Part shown: piece by piece, positions 57,546 to 64,000 of the stretch
Position numbering within the stretch: position 1 is the first letter of the stretch
Layout of the letters: each line of letters opens with the position of its first letter
Virus record (IMG/VR): IMGVR_UViG_3300045118_000047
Coordinates: 6,779 to 70,778 of that record
DNA from: a virus
DNA length: 64,000 bases
Reading direction: 5' to 3' (one strand)
Made by a program: the position numbers and the translations under genes
The notes under the pieces: generated by a model
What the model was told of the DNA's origin: nothing
What the model saw: the letters and a program-made list of their open reading frames with translations, nothing else
Database searches by the model: none

Positions 57546-57952
57546 TGAACTTGGCGAGCCGGATACTTGCTGTTGCCGGAGAGCTGGTGGGGATGGATTT
57601 CGCCACTCAGGAAGCTCTGGATAGTTATCTGAAAGAGCATCCTGATGCGGATCGTTCCAATCACCGGGTGGTGGAAAAGAAGCAAGGGCAACACGAGAAG
57701 GCCACGGGCGGGACTGGATTGGAAAGAGAGCTGTTCGAGAAGAACACAAAGCCGTTGCGAAAGAAGCTGTCTTTTGGAGATCGTATCGTTTTCTTGCACG
57801 GGGGCCATGTGAAGTGGGGCGTGCTGCATGATGTGGTCGGGAATCCGTCGAGCGGCGATCTGGTTGTGATCGATCCTGACGGAAAGAAGTATCAAGTGTC
57901 GCGAGAGCACGCTCGGCATACGTTGAAGTTTCGGGGAGCGCCAGAGCGTTAG
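57545..57952 (+). CDS. hypothetical protein with tag and EHPDAD module
   Basis: LASRILAVAGELVGMDFATQEALDSYLKEHPDADRSNHRVV. Confidence 0.65.
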   Translation: MNLASRILAVAGELVGMDFATQEALDSYLKEHPDADRSNHRVVEKKQGQHEKATGGTGLERELFEKNTKPLRKKLSFGDRIVFLHGGHVKWGVLHDVVGNPSSGDLVVIDPDGKKYQVSREHARHTLKFRGAPER

Positions 57953-57961
57953 GAGAAGAAC

Positions 57962-58759
57962 ATGTCGGTGTTTCCGGGTACATTCATTCCAACAGGGGTT
58001 GGAAGCAGCGCGAAGTTCAGCCACTTGGTTGATGATCTTCTGACGCCAAGACTGCTTGGATTCCGGCAGATTCATATTGCCGATGAGCCATGCGAGCTAA
58101 AGCCTGATCGGTTGACATGGTATGTCACATTCGGCAACTGGCTTCAGGGGGAAACCATCGTCATTCGGAAGAATGGTGTACCACAGGTGATCGGGGTCGG
58201 CGTGACAACGGTAGACTATACCTATGGAACTTTTCAAGCCGGTGCGCCGGACATTGGTTCCGACGGCCTGCCACGGGATGTGTTGGAAGCGTCGTACATT
58301 TTTGACTACTTTCCACAGGCAGTGCTGGAAGGTCTCATCACGTCGGCGGTTTCGATCATCAACATGACAGCACAGGGACCGCCAACGTCTTACACAGTGG
58401 ATTCGGCTCCGACGGCATGGGAAGGCGTCATTGTGGACTTGGCGTTCGCGATGTGCATGGAGAAACTACTGCTCGACTATGATTTGTGGCGTTACCGTCT
58501 TGTGTTCGCCATTGGCCCGAACGAAATTGAAGGTGGTGGTGGTGACATTGCCGGTCAGCTTACGACGCTCAAGCAGAATGCGGAACAACGGGCGGAGAAG
58601 GCAATAGACAACCCGAAGTTCAAGACGGGCAACTATCTGTCGGTTCCCACGACGTATTACTACAGCGCCATCCGTGGGTTTGGAGCTTCTTCCGGGGCAC
58701 ACGGAGTACCGTTTATTACAGGGCGGTTGCGGGGGTGGAAAAGTAATCGGTATATGTGA
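57962..58759 (+). CDS. putative neck / head-tail connector protein
   Basis: Position at the start of the structural block; VDYTYG and SAVS.IN..P...YT patterns. Confidence 0.5.
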   Translation: MSVFPGTFIPTGVGSSAKFSHLVDDLLTPRLLGFRQIHIADEPCELKPDRLTWYVTFGNWLQGETIVIRKNGVPQVIGVGVTTVDYTYGTFQAGAPDIGSDGLPRDVLEASYIFDYFPQAVLEGLITSAVSIINMTAQGPPTSYTVDSAPTAWEGVIVDLAFAMCMEKLLLDYDLWRYRLVFAIGPNEIEGGGGDIAGQLTTLKQNAEQRAEKAIDNPKFKTGNYLSVPTTYYYSAIRGFGASSGAHGVPFITGRLRGWKSNRYM

Positions 58760-58915
58760 TGAAGAAGATCAGAGAGTGGTTGTTGGCGTTGAGCGCGTGG
58801 ATCAATGCTCCACCAGATGAGAACGATTCCTTTGGAGTACATCTGCGGGAGACATGGCAGACGCTTCGTGATTTGTTTTGTGGCGGTGGTGGACCCAAGA
58901 TGGCGTAGGTGAAAT

Positions 58916-59293
58916 ATGGCAAACGAAATCAGGTACAGTTTTTCAGTCAGTTTGACGAATGGAACGCTCGCGGATGCCTATAATCTCGGCAGTGCGACAG
59001 CGGATCAAGCATCGGCGCGTTTGGTTCGCAATGTACAGACGTTGCTGTCGGCGTCGGCTCAGGGAGATGTGATCGAACTGGGTGGAGTAACCACGCCGGG
59101 CATGAGTGTGTTTGCCAATCTCGACACGGCGAACTATTGCGAGATCGGGATTCAGGTTGGTGGTACGTTCTACCCGTTTATGAAACTGAAGGCGGGGCAG
59201 CAAAGTGGACCGGTTTGGATGGGGACGACAGCTCCCTATGGCCGGGCAAATACCGGCAACGTGAAGTTGTTCTACATCATCTACGAGACTTAG
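58916..59293 (+). CDS. putative virion structural protein
   Basis: Beta-rich; F.NLD..NY.EIG, KLKAG. Confidence 0.5.
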   Translation: MANEIRYSFSVSLTNGTLADAYNLGSATADQASARLVRNVQTLLSASAQGDVIELGGVTTPGMSVFANLDTANYCEIGIQVGGTFYPFMKLKAGQQSGPVWMGTTAPYGRANTGNVKLFYIIYET

Positions 59294-59294
59294 T

Positions 59295-59633
59295 ATGGAC
59301 ATCGGCAAAGAGATTCGGGAGATTGGCGATCTTCTGGTGTCGGCGGCATTGATGCAGGAAATCCGCACACAGGTCGCTCACGTGATGCGGGAAGGGTTTG
59401 TGGTGACGGATGGGTGCCATCATCCGCTGGGGTTGGATTATGACGTGGTGGTGCGTTGTGGATCGGATCGTCCTGATGTAGTTCGCCGGATTCGGAGTAC
59501 AATGCCGGATATGCAGATCGAGAAAATCGCGGAAGGGGTCTTGGGGATTCGGACGGCCCGAAGGATGCGCAGGCTTCCGAAAATGCACCGGCTGGGTCCG
59601 TTGCCGAAAATGCGTCGGATGACAAGGATGTGA
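59295..59633 (+). CDS. hypothetical protein
   Basis: Contiguous operon. Confidence 0.5.
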   Translation: MDIGKEIREIGDLLVSAALMQEIRTQVAHVMREGFVVTDGCHHPLGLDYDVVVRCGSDRPDVVRRIRSTMPDMQIEKIAEGVLGIRTARRMRRLPKMHRLGPLPKMRRMTRM

Positions 59634-59636
59634 AGC

Positions 59637-60122
59637 ATGGCAGACCTATCTCTAACAACGGGCGAAGAGTTCTACAGCGGAAGCTGGCAGGACATTCAAG
59701 ACGTGCTGCGGATTCTAAACATCGGCGAAGGCAAGATGGATCAGGTCCAGCAGCCGATGGTGAATCGCTATCAGGAAATGGTGGATCGGGATATTGATGC
59801 CATTGCTGGTGAAGTGTACCAGACCCCGCTTCGGGCAATGAACCAGATGCAGCCTAGCGGGAATCTCAAGCGAGTATTCCCCGGTGACGTGCGGCGATGT
59901 GCAAGGTACTGGACAGCAGGACAGATTCTTGTCAATGAGTTCCAACAGCTCGAAGCCAACATCACAGAGCAGGCGACGCAGATGATTGCGGATGCCCGGA
60001 TGCAGCTTTACGCCATGACCCGTCCGAACCACAGGATGCCGGGGCAGCGGCGTAAGAGTAATATCTCCCGGACGATGCCGCCGAATTTGCAGCCGTCTGC
60101 CTATCCAGAGAGACCGACGTAA
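59637..60122 (+). CDS. putative head-tail adaptor (gp6/gp15- or Mu gp36-like)
   Basis: DIDAIAG.VY.TPL...VRRCARYWTAG pattern; position. Confidence 0.5.
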   Translation: MADLSLTTGEEFYSGSWQDIQDVLRILNIGEGKMDQVQQPMVNRYQEMVDRDIDAIAGEVYQTPLRAMNQMQPSGNLKRVFPGDVRRCARYWTAGQILVNEFQQLEANITEQATQMIADARMQLYAMTRPNHRMPGQRRKSNISRTMPPNLQPSAYPERPT

Positions 60123-60130
60123 GGTGAGAC

Positions 60131-60472
60131 ATGGACAGGATCAGATTGGCTAGAGAGTTGTTGTCGGCGGCGAAGGACCTGCTCCCGCGTATCCGGGCGA
60201 CTTTCACGCGCACGCCCAAGATCGAAGAGAAGGAACTGAACTCCGTCCATTTCGACATCCAACGGTTTGTCTCTACGCTCCGCCAGAACGAAGAGATCGA
60301 AGCCTTCGTGAATCGCCGGGATGACGATCAGGTGATGGAGATCACAGTGGGATTTTCCAGCCATGAACAAATGGATGGGATCGTAAAGGCGATGGGAGAG
60401 ATGTTGAAGAAGCTGGGTAAGAAGACGGGGATGAAGGTCAGGGTTGAAACCAATGTACACGAATCCCAGTAA
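60131..60472 (+). CDS. hypothetical protein with tag
   Basis: RLARELLSAAKDLL. Confidence 0.6.
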   Translation: MDRIRLARELLSAAKDLLPRIRATFTRTPKIEEKELNSVHFDIQRFVSTLRQNEEIEAFVNRRDDDQVMEITVGFSSHEQMDGIVKAMGEMLKKLGKKTGMKVRVETNVHESQ

Positions 60473-60531
60473 TCTAAGTTGTTTGGATTGGTGTAATAAA
60501 TCTTTGATATGGCACCCATGATAGGTGTGAC

Positions 60532-61212
60532 ATGTCAAAGATGATAGGAAGAAGGTTTGGTAAATTGGTAGTGGTGAGTGGAGACAGTCACCGTTTTGTC
60601 TGCCGCTGTGATTGTGGTAAAGAGATTCTGGCGTGGTGGACGAATCTCATTCAGGGTAGGAAAACACATTGTGGATGTGGGAAGTATGCTGATCGAGATG
60701 AGAAAGGGAAAAAATATGGGCGATGGATGGTCATTGCTCGCCATCAGGGGAGTGTGGAGTATTGGGAGTGCCGGTGTGATTGTGGGAACGAAGGCGTTGT
60801 CAGTCGGTCTAATTTAAGAAGTGGAAATTCCCAATCGTGTGGATGTCTACAGAGAGAACGGGCGGCTGAAGCGGGCAGGAAGAATCGACGCTTTAATGTG
60901 GCTGATGCCAAGTTCAGAAAGACACGTCCGAATATCATTTCTTGGCGTAGAAGGGTTATAGAGCGAGATGGTGGTTGTCGAATTTGTGGAACAACGGAAA
61001 AACTTTCTGCGCATCATAAAGATGGTTGGTTGCTGGCGAAGGATAAGCGCATGGATGTGAGCAATGGGGTAACAGTGTGTTTTCGACATCATAATGATTT
61101 CCATCGTCAATATGGAAAAGGACAAACGACCGCTGCGCAATGGGATGAGTACGAAAGCAGAAATGGTGGTGGGTTATCTACACGAATCCTTCCAATCTTA
61201 TCAAGACCCTGA
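60532..61212 (+). CDS. free-standing HNH homing endonuclease with two CRCDCG repeats
   Basis: GRRFGKL..CRCDCG..SCGC-type repeat twice; CRICG...AHHKD...NG..VC..HH..FH. Confidence 0.8.
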   Translation: MSKMIGRRFGKLVVVSGDSHRFVCRCDCGKEILAWWTNLIQGRKTHCGCGKYADRDEKGKKYGRWMVIARHQGSVEYWECRCDCGNEGVVSRSNLRSGNSQSCGCLQRERAAEAGRKNRRFNVADAKFRKTRPNIISWRRRVIERDGGCRICGTTEKLSAHHKDGWLLAKDKRMDVSNGVTVCFRHHNDFHRQYGKGQTTAAQWDEYESRNGGGLSTRILPILSRP

Positions 61213-61745
61213 TGAATCTTTTGCAGCGGAATTCCTTGCAGATCAATCAGGTAGTGCAAGCGTATCAGGGGAACCGGAAGCTGATGGTGCTGGAAGGGAT
61301 GCGCAAGGTGGTTCCTGCCGATGCGTATCCGGTCATGGAGATCGAGCCGGGTAATACGCCAAACCAATGGGCTACCACGCGGGCGCAGCGTCCACGGTAT
61401 CAGTTTCGGTGTACCTTGACGGTCAAGGTGGATAAAGAGCAATTCGGGGTGGAGTATATCTGCACTTTGGCCACAGCTCTTGTGGAGATAATGACCAGTC
61501 CCGAAAATCTTCAAATGCAGGTAGTGAACGAGACAAAGTGGGACCCTACGGGTGGTCTGGTGAGCACCTATATTCTGGACAGTCTGGTGGAGAATGCGAA
61601 CTATTCGGCTGCCAAGGAAGGAGCCATCCGCAAAGCGGAGTTTGAATGGTTTGCCATGATCCATGAGTCATACCCGGAAACCAAGTGGCGGGTAGGGGGT
61701 GCAACCACCCCGACGGTGATCCGACCAGTGGTGATCCCGCCGTAA
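61212..61745 (+). CDS. putative tail completion / terminator protein
   Basis: YPVMEIEP motif; size and position. Confidence 0.45.
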   Translation: MNLLQRNSLQINQVVQAYQGNRKLMVLEGMRKVVPADAYPVMEIEPGNTPNQWATTRAQRPRYQFRCTLTVKVDKEQFGVEYICTLATALVEIMTSPENLQMQVVNETKWDPTGGLVSTYILDSLVENANYSAAKEGAIRKAEFEWFAMIHESYPETKWRVGGATTPTVIRPVVIPP

Positions 61746-61788
61746 CAATTCTTTTATATTCTGCCCATTGATGGAGAGCGAATAGCAA

Positions 61789-62034
61789 GTGAAGACTAAC
61801 GGGGAAGTGCTGGCGGAAGCATTTGAAAAGGCAGTTCGAGATGGAGAAGTTCCGTATCAGGCGAATCGCAGAGCTGCGAAGCAGATCGACATTCTAGGGA
61901 ATGACGCGGATGGGCTTCGGGAGCTGGCGGTGATGCTGAGCGGAATGGATGTCTTCATCGCGGACTTGGAGGCGTTTCAGCGTGGCGCAGAAGTCGTTGC
62001 AAAGCAGTCTGTCGCATCCGTTCGTCGAACTTGA
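61789..62034 (+). CDS. hypothetical protein
   Basis: Follows a late promoter. Confidence 0.45.
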   Translation: MKTNGEVLAEAFEKAVRDGEVPYQANRRAAKQIDILGNDADGLRELAVMLSGMDVFIADLEAFQRGAEVVAKQSVASVRRT

Positions 62035-62047
62035 GACGATTCGGGGG

Positions 62048-62296
62048 ATGTCCCGTGTCGCGAGAAAGCTGGCCATCGCTCGGAAGGCGATAGATGAGAT
62101 TCGGGAGATCGAGAAGGATTTGCTGGCAAGCAAGGGGAAGGGAAACCTGAGCTTGGCGATGAATGAGATTGCCAGTTTCGCCCGGAGTGCGGGAAGGATG
62201 GCCGGTGAGTCTGTGGAGTTGTTGAGAGACATGCGTAACAGGATCAAGATATACGTCCGGGAGCTGGGAGAGGAATTGGCAGATGCCGCTCATTGA
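62048..62296 (+). CDS. hypothetical protein
   Basis: MSRVARKLAIARKAI; RBS GGGGG. Confidence 0.5.
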   Translation: MSRVARKLAIARKAIDEIREIEKDLLASKGKGNLSLAMNEIASFARSAGRMAGESVELLRDMRNRIKIYVRELGEELADAAH

Positions 62297-63080
62297 CACG
62301 ACAACCTTGCTGAGAGTGGCTGATCGGGCCGCTTATCAGTACGGACAGATCAACTCATTGATGGCGGCGATTTCGGCGGTAGGGTTGGGGTACTATTTCG
62401 AGACGGTGTCGGCGACGGAAGATGCGGATGTGGAGCTTCCGCTGGATGGTCCGTATTACAACGTCGATCAGGATTTCGTGACGGATGTGGTGGTTAAGAA
62501 CGGGATGCCGTTGGGAGACATTGTCTTCGCAATGGATAACCACTTCAACCGGTTGGACGGCAGCGGGGTTCCGTTGCAGGCGGGCGGCTGGGATGGGTAT
62601 CTGACCGATGAAGACGAGCGGGTGAGTTACTACTTCGCTCAGTTGTATTTCGCGGTCAAGGGATACTACATGCTGGCGAACAATGTGTTCTCTGAAAGCG
62701 CGGATCAGTTCGCAAGGTTACAGGTGAGCGCCGGGCCGACGCTGACGTTCACAGACGGGATTAGCTACGGAAACGGAAGCGATCTGAATCCGGCAAATGG
62801 GACGTACTACGCGGCCACGCAGTTGAAGGTGGTCGTAACGACGATGGGGGCCACGCAATTGGACGTGCGGTTGTCGGTCAAAGACATAAACAACAACCCG
62901 ACAACAATAGATGTCACGATTCCGGGCGGATCGACTCCCGGAACGGTAGTAGCGGTGGGTTCTACAACTGACCGGTTCCTAGACGTGACTGGGGCGATCT
63001 TTAAGCCCGCAGGATCAACAGGAACAGTCGGAGATGATATGAAGGTGATGAACTTGAAGGAAAGACAGATAGCGTTGTAG
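62283..63080 (+). CDS. putative virion structural protein
   Basis: RBS GAGG; T/G/V-rich C-terminal beta domain. Confidence 0.6.
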   Translation: MPLIDTTTLLRVADRAAYQYGQINSLMAAISAVGLGYYFETVSATEDADVELPLDGPYYNVDQDFVTDVVVKNGMPLGDIVFAMDNHFNRLDGSGVPLQAGGWDGYLTDEDERVSYYFAQLYFAVKGYYMLANNVFSESADQFARLQVSAGPTLTFTDGISYGNGSDLNPANGTYYAATQLKVVVTTMGATQLDVRLSVKDINNNPTTIDVTIPGGSTPGTVVAVGSTTDRFLDVTGAIFKPAGSTGTVGDDMKVMNLKERQIAL

Positions 63081-63096
63081 TAAGGAGGATGCCACT

Positions 63097-64000
63097 ATGG
63101 GTATGGGTTATCAAGGATTCGCAAGGTTCTTCTCGTCTGGTCCGAGCACTGGTCCGATGGTTATGCTGGCGACCGGCGCGAGCGTGAACTTGGTGTTGGA
63201 GCCAATCTTCTCGACAGCGGTGTGGGGCGCTGGTTGGTATAACGCGGCTGATGCTGCGCACTATGCCGACAACGCGCTGCGCTACGAAGGAACGATTGAC
63301 ATCGAACTCCAGATGGGCGCAGCCGGAGCGTTCTGGAACTATATCGCGGACTGGGTTGTGGCTGAAAGGGCATGGCCGCGTTCGCTCCAGATTTCGCCGG
63401 ATGGCTCCCACGTGTATTCGTATCTTACGTCGGGCGCGTATGAGTCGTCGTTCGATACGCAAGGTGCGTGGTGTCGGTCGGCTGGGCTTTCCACGGCAGA
63501 AGCGTCGTTTGTGACATGCTCTCTGGGCGTGCTGGCGATTTTCCGCTCGGAAGCTGATCCGGCTGGCGGGACGAACTACTCGTCCTACAGCTACATCAAC
63601 CAGAAGACGGGCGTGATCGCGTCGGACTGCTCGCTGCTGTCTCCGACTAATCCGTTGAACCCTTCGGGCGGAAACGTGGACCCGATTCCGTTCTGGAAGA
63701 CGAATGCGCAGCTTTCCCGTGGAACGTATCCGGGCGTATTCGGCGCGGCTTCGCTGCCGCAGGCTGGAACAGAGACGGTTGAGTGGAACATCGACATCAC
63801 GAACAACGAGCACGTTCTGTACACCTGCTCTGGCAGCCGTCTGCCGCGTGCGGTGTTGATGGGCGCGATGAGCGTGACGGGCAATGTGACGCTCTATCAC
63901 CCGAACGGCGTCTTTGACCCGATTCTGGGACCGAGCAATACCGGCACGATTACGTCACCGTATATGTACGCGGAGAACACTTGGTTCACGATTTCGATTG
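63097..64000 (+). CDS. putative major tail (tube) protein, 3'-truncated by the window edge
   Basis: Strong RBS AAGGAGG; MGMGYQG start, ...YEGTIDIEL..., EWNIDITNN...LYTC..., SVTGNVTLY; open to the window end. Confidence 0.65.
   Translation, partial: MGMGYQGFARFFSSGPSTGPMVMLATGASVNLVLEPIFSTAVWGAGWYNAADAAHYADNALRYEGTIDIELQMGAAGAFWNYIADWVVAERAWPRSLQISPDGSHVYSYLTSGAYESSFDTQGAWCRSAGLSTAEASFVTCSLGVLAIFRSEADPAGGTNYSSYSYINQKTGVIASDCSLLSPTNPLNPSGGNVDPIPFWKTNAQLSRGTYPGVFGAASLPQAGTETVEWNIDITNNEHVLYTCSGSRLPRAVLMGAMSVTGNVTLYHPNGVFDPILGPSNTGTITSPYMYAENTWFTISI

Noticed and set aside
1-64000. Stop-codon reassignment or a diversity-generating retroelement
   Set aside because: Genes are intact under the standard code with all three stops used; no reverse transcriptase or TR/VR pair seen

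Overview
This window is a 64-kb stretch of a large (jumbo-like) tailed-phage genome, with essentially all genes on the + strand. It contains: (1) a head-assembly module in which the large terminase, portal and prohead protease each carry a LAGLIDADG intein, followed by scaffold-like proteins and an HK97-type major capsid protein; (2) neck and tail genes at the right end; (3) accessory enzymes: a CCA-adding enzyme, HD, ferritin, WYL, a minimal ATP-dependent ligase, GT2 glycosyltransferases, methyltransferases, radical SAM proteins, TROVE/Ro60 and HNH nucleases; (4) a ~4.3-kb non-coding RNA island (43.6-47.95 kb). The island holds two CAT tRNAs, a tmRNA interrupted by a group I intron, and at least five large structured RNAs I cannot assign to a known family. 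Three of these RNAs and the tmRNA are each preceded by an rRNA-type boxA element. One RNA (44901-45305) rebuilds the complete 23S rRNA GTPase-associated centre (uL11/thiostrepton-binding H43-H44) from three blocks separated by large insertions; two others carry H13-like and H69-71-like modules. A second candidate system is a short amphipathic tag (A.ELL.VA[KR].L or RIA.RIA) shared by about 25 unrelated proteins, which tracks a putative late promoter and may be a capsid-packaging signal. Two phage-specific promoter classes can be read directly from the sequence. All calls come from reading motifs by eye; no database searches or folding programs were run.
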